This document shows positions 9,133 through 16,993 of a DNA stretch of 64,000 nucleotides, in pieces. The stretch comes from Thermoplasmata archaeon (GTDB lineage: Archaea > Thermoplasmatota > Thermoplasmata > RBG-16-68-12 > JAFNFQ01). The position numbers and the translations under genes are program-made. Position 1 is the first letter of the stretch, and each line of letters begins with the position of its first letter. The stretch lies in NCBI GenBank assembly GCA_041489255.1, contig JBGPQV010000001.1, forward strand, positions 256,001-320,000, given 5' to 3'. A model generated the notes under the pieces. The model was not told the DNA's origin and ran no database searches. It saw nothing but the letters and a program-made list of their open reading frames with translations.

Positions 9133-9840
9133 TCATCGAAGCGAGAGCCAAGGCATCAGGGTGTCGGAAGGCAGCCTGAGGCGGTAGTGCTTCCCGCCGA
9201 CCTGCAGAATTATCGTGTTCTCCCGCCTCGCATCCAGTTCCACCTCTGGGCTCAGCCTATCCCTCGCCAGCCGCCTCATCAGCCTGCTCTTCATCCCCCG
9301 CAGCATTTGACGGGTCTTCCTCTCGAATCTCGGCAGACCCTCGCCGGGGAACAGGCGGTTGTGCCTGCCATCGACAATCACCGCCACGAGACCCCGTGAC
9401 TCCATCTGGAGTGAAAGCTTCCTCACAGCCGCAACGCTGCGTCCGATCTCCGGCGCGAGCTCTGCCGGGGTCAGGCCGGGTTTCTCGACGATCATCTTCA
9501 GGATCTCTCGCCCGGAATCTTCCGCCAGCATCGCCAGAACTGGGATGTCCTCTTCCATCGGCCTCAGGTCCGAGGGATAGTAGACGCTGCTCCCGCCAAC
9601 GTCCCCAGCCGCCAAGTACTCATGTTGGGTCATCTTTCTCAGGTGGAACTGTACGACCGTCGCATTCATGCCGAGACTGCGCGCGATTGGCCTTAACCTC
9701 GAGGCGGGACGATGACAGAGGTGCTCGAAAATCCTCTGGCGGGTAGGGCTCATGAGAATGCTCTCGGACCTGCCCTTAACCTGAAAGGTCTCCGCTCCCT
9801 CGCCGACCATCGCCTTGAGAGCCTCACCGAGCCTAGGCAT
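9133..9840 (-). CDS. Double winged-helix transcriptional regulator
   Basis: Two HTH-like units (RQRIFEHL...FHLRKM; REILKMIVEKPGLT..ELA); overlaps the ATPase gene stop. Confidence 0.75.
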   Translation of the reverse strand: MPRLGEALKAMVGEGAETFQVKGRSESILMSPTRQRIFEHLCHRPASRLRPIARSLGMNATVVQFHLRKMTQHEYLAAGDVGGSSVYYPSDLRPMEEDIPVLAMLAEDSGREILKMIVEKPGLTPAELAPEIGRSVAAVRKLSLQMESRGLVAVIVDGRHNRLFPGEGLPRFERKTRQMLRGMKSRLMRRLARDRLSPEVELDARRENTIILQVGGKHYRLRLPSDTLMPWLSLR

Positions 9841-10741
9841 GCTCCTTCTCTTCCACCGAGTATTCCTCGAGTATCAAGTCTAGCAACTCGTCCGGATCGA
9901 CATCGACTAGATCCTGCTCGGAAAGCGCGTCGATCGTCTTCATAAAATTGTCCTTTGCCGTTGGCGATAGCTTGGAGAGTCTGTCCTTGTCGAGGGACAG
10001 CGCCTTCTCCTTCACTATCTTCCCAGCTTGCGCCACGCCCCGCCGCCTCGTGAGCTCCTCTACCTTCCTCACGTACACCCCGACCCCTTTCATGATGCTG
10101 TAGGGGTGCCAGTACCTGCTGTGCTTGCTGGACCTGCACTTGATAATCTTGAGCTCCCTCCTCTCAGGCGATTCGAGGCTCGCGTATCTGAGGTGGATCA
10201 AATTGTCCGCGAGGTACATCGGAATGACCAGGTCCGGGGCGGAGAGGTCGCCGACGCTGCCATGCTCCTCCAGAGTGCAGAGGACGGTTCCTATCTTCCT
10301 GGTCTCGCGGAGGAAGTATGAGACAAGCTCTCTCTGCTCGTATTTCTCCTTGACGGACCAGAGCACAGGCGTGAGGGGGTCGATCGCTATGCGCGCGTTG
10401 TGCCCCTCCCACTCGTCGACGAACTCCGCGAGCTCCTTCTGGATGAAATGCGAGAACTGCTTCCCCCCGGCGTCGACGAAGATGAGCGAGCCGTCGGAGA
10501 TGTACGAGTCGATGTCCTCCCAGCCCATGAGCTTGGAGTTCTTGACGATCTCGCTCGGGGCCTCGTCGAGGGTGATGAAAACCGCATCGTCGTTGTCAAG
10601 GAGACCCCGGCGGAGGAACTGGGTCGCGAAGGTGGTTTTGCCGGCGCCAGGCGATCCTATGACGACCGTGGTGGTGTGCTCGTTGATGCCGCCGTCCATG
10701 AGGGCATTGAGACCGTAAACGCCGGTCCGGACCTTCCTCAT
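9833..10741 (-). CDS. KaiC-like / RAD55 family RecA-fold ATPase (single domain)
   Basis: TGVYGLNALMDGGI, GSPGAGKT, FITLDE, IAIDP, YLADNLIHL, IIKCRSSKH. Confidence 0.9.
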   Translation of the reverse strand: MRKVRTGVYGLNALMDGGINEHTTTVVIGSPGAGKTTFATQFLRRGLLDNDDAVFITLDEAPSEIVKNSKLMGWEDIDSYISDGSLIFVDAGGKQFSHFIQKELAEFVDEWEGHNARIAIDPLTPVLWSVKEKYEQRELVSYFLRETRKIGTVLCTLEEHGSVGDLSAPDLVIPMYLADNLIHLRYASLESPERRELKIIKCRSSKHSRYWHPYSIMKGVGVYVRKVEELTRRRGVAQAGKIVKEKALSLDKDRLSKLSPTAKDNFMKTIDALSEQDLVDVDPDELLDLILEEYSVEEKEHA

Positions 10742-10857
10742 CGATGGCTCCTAGGGAGTGGCGGGAATATAATGGTTTTTACCCACAATCTACCTGCTCT
10801 CGTTGCCGACACAAGAGCAATAATAGCCCGGCAATCTTAACCGCCATCGGTGATTCT

Positions 10858-11583
10858 GTGCCCGACGCTGTCGTCACCAAGAGACTGAGGAAGGCCTACG
10901 GGAAGATTAACGCCGTCAAGGACCTCGACCTCACGGTCAGCGAGGGCGAGATATACGGGCTCATAGGCCCCAACGGCTCTGGCAAGACGACGACTGTCAG
11001 AATCCTTTGCGGACTTCTGAGGCCCGACGGCGGTGAGGCACAAGTCCTGGGAAGCCCACCAGGCAGCAGCTTAATCAGACCGCTGATCGGCTACATGCCC
11101 CAGGACCTCGCAATCTACCCTGACCTCAAAGTGAAGCAGAACATTGACTTCTTCGGACGTCTCTATGGCCTCAGCGGGAAAAGGCTGGAGGCGCGCGAGA
11201 AAGGACTTCTGCGCATGGTTGCGCTAGAAGGCAGAGAAGATTCCCTCGTATCGACGCTGAGCGGCGGCATGAAACACCGCCTCTCCCTCGTGTGCGCGAT
11301 GATTCACGGCCCCAAACTCCTTTTTCTTGATGAGCCGACCGTAGGCGTGGACCCAGAGCTGCGATTCTCGTTCTGGCAGTACCTCAGGAAGCTCAAGGAG
11401 GGGAGCGTCACCGCCCTCATCACCACCCACTACATGGACGAGGCGGCGCGATGTGACCGTGTCGGGCTCATCAGGGAAGGACGACTGATCGCTGAGGGCA
11501 CGCCGAAGGAGTTGCGGGAGTCTGCCGGATGCGAGTCCCTCGAGGATGCATTTCTTGTCTTCTCGAGGAGGGATGCGAGATGA
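10858..11583 (+). CDS. ABC-2 type exporter ATP-binding protein
   Basis: GPNGSGKTT, LSGGMK, LDEPTVGVDP, TTHYMDEA; GTG start inferred. Confidence 0.93.
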   Translation: MPDAVVTKRLRKAYGKINAVKDLDLTVSEGEIYGLIGPNGSGKTTTVRILCGLLRPDGGEAQVLGSPPGSSLIRPLIGYMPQDLAIYPDLKVKQNIDFFGRLYGLSGKRLEAREKGLLRMVALEGREDSLVSTLSGGMKHRLSLVCAMIHGPKLLFLDEPTVGVDPELRFSFWQYLRKLKEGSVTALITTHYMDEAARCDRVGLIREGRLIAEGTPKELRESAGCESLEDAFLVFSRRDAR

Positions 11584-12809
11584 ACCGCGCCATCGTGATT
11601 ACCATCAACATCTTAAGACAGATAAAAAACGATAGACGCACGGTAGGGATGATAGTCGTCACCCCAATCCTCGTGATGGTCCTCTTCGGCTACGCGTTCG
11701 CCGGGGAACCCCATGACCTGCAGTTGGCAATCGCAAATGAGGATGTCGGGAGTGCATCTTTTCCAACGCTTGAGGGACCTGTTGTCACCCTGCCGCTCAA
11801 TCTTGGCCGAAGCATGGCCGATTCCATAGACAGCGACACATTCGCAAAGACCAGCACTGATAGTCTGGAATCCGTCAGGCAAATGATCTCGGACGGACAC
11901 GCCTGGGGTGGGTTATACATTCCAGGCAACTTCACGCAGCACTTCATCACCAAAGGTTTCCAAATCACCAATCAGGCAACGATCATTTTCGGCGGAACCC
12001 TCTATCACCTGAACCTCACCCAAGTTCGGAGCATGCCGACTGATCAAGCACACATGGCGACCCTCGTAGACAACAGCAACACCCAGGTGGGCTCGCTCAT
12101 CCAGCGCAAGATGCAGGATGCGTTCAGCTCGATGATGGCGCAACTCCCCGTCAACCTCTCTTTCTCAGGCGTCATCCAGACGAGCTTCGTCTACGGTGCT
12201 AACGCGAAGTTCGTCGACTTCTTCGCGCCCGGGATTATGTCTTTCGTCATCACCATCATCACGATCATGCTCACAATCGTCTCCATAGTCCGCGAGAGGA
12301 CTAACGGAACCATGGAGAGAATCTTCGCGTCGCCCACACGTCCGTACGAGGTCGTCCTCGGGTATATGATCGCCTTCAGTCTCATAAGTCTCATCCAATC
12401 GTGTCTCCTCCTCGGTTCGGCTATCCTTCTGTTCAACATGACGATTCAGGGCAGCGTCCTGCTCGCCCTCGGATTCGTCGTTCTCTACGCCATAGGCGTG
12501 CAAGGCCTCGGCACCCTCCTCTCGACGGTGGCTCGCAACGAGTTCCAGGCAATCCAACTCGTCCCGCTGGTGTTCGTGCCTTTCATCCTCCTTGGCGGCA
12601 TTTTCTGGCCTGTCGAGGCGATGCCGACGTTCATCAGACCATTATCTTCAGTAATACCTCTCACTTACGCGGCCGAGGGGCTCAGGTCAATCGTGATAAG
12701 GGGGTGGGGACCTGCAGAGATCTGGAAAGACTTGGTCGCACTCAGCATCTTCGCCACGGTGATGATCCTAGCAGGTTTCGCGGTTACGAAAAAGAAAGCG
12801 AGAGGTTAG
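11580..12809 (+). CDS. ABC-2 type exporter permease
   Basis: FAPGI, IVRERTNGTMER, GIFWPVEAMP, PLTYA; ATG overlaps the ATPase stop. Confidence 0.92.
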   Translation: MNRAIVITINILRQIKNDRRTVGMIVVTPILVMVLFGYAFAGEPHDLQLAIANEDVGSASFPTLEGPVVTLPLNLGRSMADSIDSDTFAKTSTDSLESVRQMISDGHAWGGLYIPGNFTQHFITKGFQITNQATIIFGGTLYHLNLTQVRSMPTDQAHMATLVDNSNTQVGSLIQRKMQDAFSSMMAQLPVNLSFSGVIQTSFVYGANAKFVDFFAPGIMSFVITIITIMLTIVSIVRERTNGTMERIFASPTRPYEVVLGYMIAFSLISLIQSCLLLGSAILLFNMTIQGSVLLALGFVVLYAIGVQGLGTLLSTVARNEFQAIQLVPLVFVPFILLGGIFWPVEAMPTFIRPLSSVIPLTYAAEGLRSIVIRGWGPAEIWKDLVALSIFATVMILAGFAVTKKKARG

Positions 12810-12861
12810 ACGCCACAGCTCTGCAACTTCAAATAGCCCGGACGCGTGATTCATCACCGCC

Positions 12862-13689
12862 ATGCAACTGACACTACAATCCAGGGTGAAGCTCAACAAC
12901 GGCGTCGAGATGCCGATGCTGGGATTGGGCGTCTGGCAGATGGCGCAGGGTATCGAGACACAACGCGCCGTCAAGTCTGCTCTGGGCGTTGGCTATCGCC
13001 TCATCGACACCGCCAAGCTCTACGCGAACGAGAGAGACGTCGGCATCGCCGTCGGGGAGAGCGAGATTCTCCGCGAAGAGGTGTTCGTGACAACCAAGCT
13101 CTGGAACACGGACCACGGCTTCGAGCCTGCGATCAAGGCTTTCAACAGGAGCCTGCACGAACTCGGGTTTGACTATGTCGATCTCTACCTGATACATTGG
13201 CCTGTGGCGCCTCTGAGGGGAGACAGTTGGCGGGCTTTGGTGAGACTCCTGGAAGAGGGGAAGTGCCGGGCAATCGGGGTCAGCAACTACACCGTCGACC
13301 ATCTCCGGGGACTCTTGAGGGACTCCTCAGTAGTGCCGGCGGTCAACCAGGTCGAGTTCAGCCCATTCCTCTTTCAGGAGGAACTCATGGACTCCTGTCA
13401 AGATCACAACATACAGCTTGAGGCCTACAGCCCGTTGACGAAGGGAGCGAGACTAGGCGACCCGAAGCTGAGACCCTTCGCGGCAAAGTATCACAAGACC
13501 GCCGCCCAGATTCTCATCCGATGGGCGTTGCAGCACAACGTCGTCGTGATACCCAAGTCCAGCAGACCGGAAAGGATCCTGGAGAACGGTCAGGTGTTCG
13601 ACTTCGAGATCTCATCCGCCGACATGAAGATGCTCGATTCTCTCGGAGAGGATTATCGCACCGCCTGGGACCCCACGAACACCCGATAG
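12862..13689 (+). CDS. Aldo/keto reductase
   Basis: GYRLIDTAKLY, TTKLW, DLYLIHWP, IGVSNY, NQVE, IPKS. Confidence 0.95.
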   Translation: MQLTLQSRVKLNNGVEMPMLGLGVWQMAQGIETQRAVKSALGVGYRLIDTAKLYANERDVGIAVGESEILREEVFVTTKLWNTDHGFEPAIKAFNRSLHELGFDYVDLYLIHWPVAPLRGDSWRALVRLLEEGKCRAIGVSNYTVDHLRGLLRDSSVVPAVNQVEFSPFLFQEELMDSCQDHNIQLEAYSPLTKGARLGDPKLRPFAAKYHKTAAQILIRWALQHNVVVIPKSSRPERILENGQVFDFEISSADMKMLDSLGEDYRTAWDPTNTR

Positions 13690-13734
13690 CGGGCCCGCGT
13701 GCATCGGCCCGCGTGTCGCTCGCGCCAACTGACC

Positions 13735-13911
13735 TCAGGTTCGTCTGTCCCCGCCCTGGCCCTTCTGCGCCTTGTACCGCGCCGAGTCGAGGTCGAGGTC
13801 CAGGTCCTCTTCCTTCGCCTTGCCCGGGCTGAATACCTTGCCCGCCTCGAACTCCAGCTTCTTGTCCTGCTTCTTCTTCTTGCGCGGCGCCTGCTCAACC
13901 TGCTGTTCCAT
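13735..13911 (-). CDS. Putative Pup/UBact-like small protein modifier (58 aa)
   Basis: Manual translation MEQQVEQAPRKKKKQDKKLEFEAGKVFSPGKAKEEDLDLDLDSARYKAQKGQGGDRRT; GGGAGG Shine-Dalgarno just upstream; overlaps the PafA-family gene by 17 nt; charged and likely disordered; RY-x4-GQ motif. Confidence 0.75.
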   Translation of the reverse strand: MEQQVEQAPRKKKKQDKKLEFEAGKVFSPGKAKEEDLDLDLDSARYKAQKGQGGDRRT

Positions 13912-15193
13912 GTATATCCTCCCATCTGTGAGCGTAGGGGTCGGGTAGGTCTATGCGGCGGCGGTCGCCGTCGCCGACCATCACAGTGGACCAATCGATG
14001 GACTCGATATTGAACCTGTCGCAGATTTCCCGCCTCAGCGCGGCCCTGGTGTCGCTTGGCGGCTCCTTGATCGCCTTGGCGATGTCGCCGTCCTTCAGCA
14101 GTCTATCCACGAGCCCTTTCGACTGCCTCTTGTAGAAGATGCCTCTCTCAGCTCCGACCTCCGAGTACTGCTTGCAGGCCATCATCTCGACATCGGGTCC
14201 GCTCTTGCTCTCCTTGGCCTCCTGGATGGCGAAGTACCTGTCCAGCCATTCGACCCGCCTGGCGAGTTCTTTCGATTTCCTGCCCTCGATGCCATCGAGG
14301 ACTTCCTCGAGGATTTTCAACGCGCGCTTCTCTCGATCATCCTCCACGATGTTCTCTATCTTCGCCAGGTAATATCTCTGGATCTCCACAGGCGAGACCT
14401 TCTTGCCGCTATTGAGGTGAACCTTCCAGGCTTCCGGGTTCGTCTTCTCGACGTTCTCCCACATGTCCTCGACCGGCGACTTGAGGCGGGGAGCGTCGCC
14501 GAGTTCGTCCATCTCCATGAGCTGCAGTATGGCGGTGGTGGTGAAGTGCCGCAGCAGGATCGCCACCTCGTTCATCAGCGCATCGCCGCAGATGACGTGC
14601 AGCCTGCGCCAGCTCGAGCGGTCCGAGTGTGGCTCGTCGCGCGTGTTGATGAGCCCGGTGTTGTGCATGGTCTCGCCGCTGACGACTGCGCTCGTCAAAT
14701 ATATCATCGGCGATAGGACATACTTCCCGTCGAGGATGTCTCCCGCCCCCGTGTAGATGAACCTGGTGCTGAAGTGCGGCACTAGCTCCTTCACGAACTT
14801 CTCAGGGAAGTCCACGGACCTGTCGACGATGTAGTTCTCATGGCTCCCGTAGCTGACTCCCTCGGGTGACGTGTTGTTCTTGAACGCCCAGATCCTCTCC
14901 CCGCTTGAGAGGTACTTCTCCTCCGTCACCCGCCTCAGCCAATCGATCACCTTCTCGCCCGCCTTCTCCCACAGGAGCATGTCGAATGGGTTGCTCACCT
15001 CGCAGGTGCTCAGCTCGAAGTGACCGACGTCGTAGTAGCAGCGAGAGCCGTTGGTGATGAACTCCCCCGCCAGCTGAAGGTCGCTCTCGCTCAACAGCTC
15101 GAGCGCGAGGGTATGAGGGTCGAACCCCTTGGAGGCAAGCTTCTTCGAGTACATCGTGTACTCGAGTTCTGTCCCCTGGATCCTCTTTCTCAT
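13895..15193 (-). CDS. PafA/Dop family (Pup ligase-like) carboxylate-amine ligase
   Basis: GTELEY, FITNGSRCYYDVGHFELSTCE, KAGE, FKNNT...SYGSHENY, TGAG, INTRDEPH, RRLHVICGD, PPSDTRA, IDW, DLPDPY. Confidence 0.92.
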   Translation of the reverse strand: MRKRIQGTELEYTMYSKKLASKGFDPHTLALELLSESDLQLAGEFITNGSRCYYDVGHFELSTCEVSNPFDMLLWEKAGEKVIDWLRRVTEEKYLSSGERIWAFKNNTSPEGVSYGSHENYIVDRSVDFPEKFVKELVPHFSTRFIYTGAGDILDGKYVLSPMIYLTSAVVSGETMHNTGLINTRDEPHSDRSSWRRLHVICGDALMNEVAILLRHFTTTAILQLMEMDELGDAPRLKSPVEDMWENVEKTNPEAWKVHLNSGKKVSPVEIQRYYLAKIENIVEDDREKRALKILEEVLDGIEGRKSKELARRVEWLDRYFAIQEAKESKSGPDVEMMACKQYSEVGAERGIFYKRQSKGLVDRLLKDGDIAKAIKEPPSDTRAALRREICDRFNIESIDWSTVMVGDGDRRRIDLPDPYAHRWEDIHGTAG

Positions 15194-15195
15194 CC

Positions 15196-16752
15196 TTATC
15201 CTACCATCGGGTCTCCGCCGGCGCTCTTGAATATCTCCCTCTGCCTCTTCTCGTAGAGGTAGACATCGGTTATCGCGTGCTCCTTCGACTCTTCCTCAAT
15301 CGCCTGCTGGAAGTCGTTCAGGTTCAGCCCCTCCTTTTCCCGCTCGGCCTTCTTGAGGTTGAGAATCCTCTTGACGTAATTCTTCTTGGCGGTCTTCACG
15401 ACGGCGGCGATGATTGCTCCGGAGACTATGTCCTTCCTCTTGACGGTCTTGATCGCTTCCTTGGCGTCCGGATCGGTTTTCACCCTGACCCACTTGCTCT
15501 CTCCGTAGAACTCATCAAGCACTGCATTCCTCAGGTACCGGATCGCCTTCTCGTGGTCGCCTTGCTCCCTGACGATGCCCGCTTCGACCGGAAGATCGCC
15601 TGCCAAGTAGATTGAGAGGATCTCCTCGGCCATCTTCCTGCTTGGCCTGGGTATCTCGATTATCTCGTCGAACCGACCGGGCCTAAGGAGTGCCGGATCC
15701 AAGAGATCGGCCCTGTTGGTCGCGCCTATCACGAATACGTCGTGAAGCTCCAGCAGGCCGTCCATCTCGCTGAGTATCTGCGCGATTATGTTCTTGTGCA
15801 CACCTGAGGTGTCCATGTAGCCCCTCACGGTGAAGACCGCCTCGATCTCATCGAAGAAGACGATGCTTGGCCGTCTCTCGTGTGCTTGGCGGAATATCTC
15901 CTTGATGAGCCGCTCGCTTTCCCCCACCCACTTGCTCAGCACGTCGGCGATGCTGACGTTGAAGAATGTCATGTCGTTCTCGGTCGCGACGGCCTTCACC
16001 ATGAGGGTCTTCCCGCATCCAGGCGGACCGTGAAGCAGTATGCCCCGGGGCGCCTCCAGGTTGATCTTCTTGAACAGCTTCTGCTCCTTGAACGGGAGAA
16101 TCGTCACATCCCTGATCCTCTCGATAGCCTCCCCCAGTCCGCCAATCTGCGCATAGTGGACATTCGGCTTCTCACCCAGCAGCAGGTTCTTCACTTCAAG
16201 ATTCGGGAGGACCTCGATCAGCTCCATGGTCGGCGGGAGGACAGATATCTGGAACCCGGGCTTCAGCTTCCCGATGATCTCCTTCTCGGCGGAGACCAAC
16301 CTCTTCTCCATGTCGCCTTCGACAGTGATCACAAGCTTGCCTTCGAGGATGTCAGCGACCTTCGCAATCACTCCTTCATTTCTGGCGTTGCTGCTCTCGA
16401 CAATCGCGTATGTCTGCGGATGAACCCAGACGTACTGCCCTATGTTCAGCGTCGACTTGTCGACGAGGCCTGTGCTGACCTTCAGGAGCTCCATCGACCT
16501 CGCGACCACGACCTGGCTCGCGTCGAGATCCGGTCCTTCCTTCCTGACGACGTAGGCATATAGCAGAGGCGGCTGCTTGATCTTGTTGAATTTCTCCTCA
16601 TAGGCCTTGAGCCTATACTCCCTCTCATCCACCTCATAGCGGAAGGCCTGCAGATCCCTCTCGTACTGCCGCTTGAGTCGGTCGAGCTTCTCCTCGTACT
16701 CTTCCTTCATTTCGTCGAGCGATTCCTGATCCTTTTGCTTGGTTTCCGGCAT
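15196..16752 (-). CDS. Mpa/ARC-type proteasome-associated AAA+ ATPase
   Basis: N-terminal coiled coil ending in QPP, then ~130 aa consistent with two OB folds; YAQIGGL, GPPGCGKT, KWVGESE, FFDE, LLRPGRFD, and ARC-like SGAII..VV..AKK. Confidence 0.88.
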   Translation of the reverse strand: MPETKQKDQESLDEMKEEYEEKLDRLKRQYERDLQAFRYEVDEREYRLKAYEEKFNKIKQPPLLYAYVVRKEGPDLDASQVVVARSMELLKVSTGLVDKSTLNIGQYVWVHPQTYAIVESSNARNEGVIAKVADILEGKLVITVEGDMEKRLVSAEKEIIGKLKPGFQISVLPPTMELIEVLPNLEVKNLLLGEKPNVHYAQIGGLGEAIERIRDVTILPFKEQKLFKKINLEAPRGILLHGPPGCGKTLMVKAVATENDMTFFNVSIADVLSKWVGESERLIKEIFRQAHERRPSIVFFDEIEAVFTVRGYMDTSGVHKNIIAQILSEMDGLLELHDVFVIGATNRADLLDPALLRPGRFDEIIEIPRPSRKMAEEILSIYLAGDLPVEAGIVREQGDHEKAIRYLRNAVLDEFYGESKWVRVKTDPDAKEAIKTVKRKDIVSGAIIAAVVKTAKKNYVKRILNLKKAEREKEGLNLNDFQQAIEEESKEHAITDVYLYEKRQREIFKSAGGDPMVG

Positions 16753-16993
16753 CGGATGACCACCGCCGCGAAATATGTCAAGGGCGTCCTGGCGCTCAGA
16801 CTGCCATCTTCGTGCTGAAGATGGCCAAATCCAGAACGCCTGGAACCTAATTATGTCTGAACTGGGGTTATGAACCTTGCGACGAGATTATGGGATTCAG
16901 TAATCTGGAGAGTGCAAGAAGAGTCACCTAATCAATGGAGTGTTGAAAATTATAAACAATGACGAATTTAATCACGGTCAGACGGCTCAGGAA

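Noticed and set aside
13689-13715. GCGGGCC/GGCCCGC hairpin between convergent genes
   Set aside because: Short, GC-rich and without a U tract; cannot be supported as a terminator.
13653-14013. 113-aa Arg-rich (-) and 104-aa (+) ORFs in the track
   Set aside because: Alternative frames over the 58-aa ORF, which has the SD, operon coupling and tag-like motif.
15196-16752. Calling the ATPase PAN or Cdc48
   Set aside because: Single AAA domain, long double-OB-sized N-region, ARC-like C-terminal segment and PafA context fit Mpa/ARC better.
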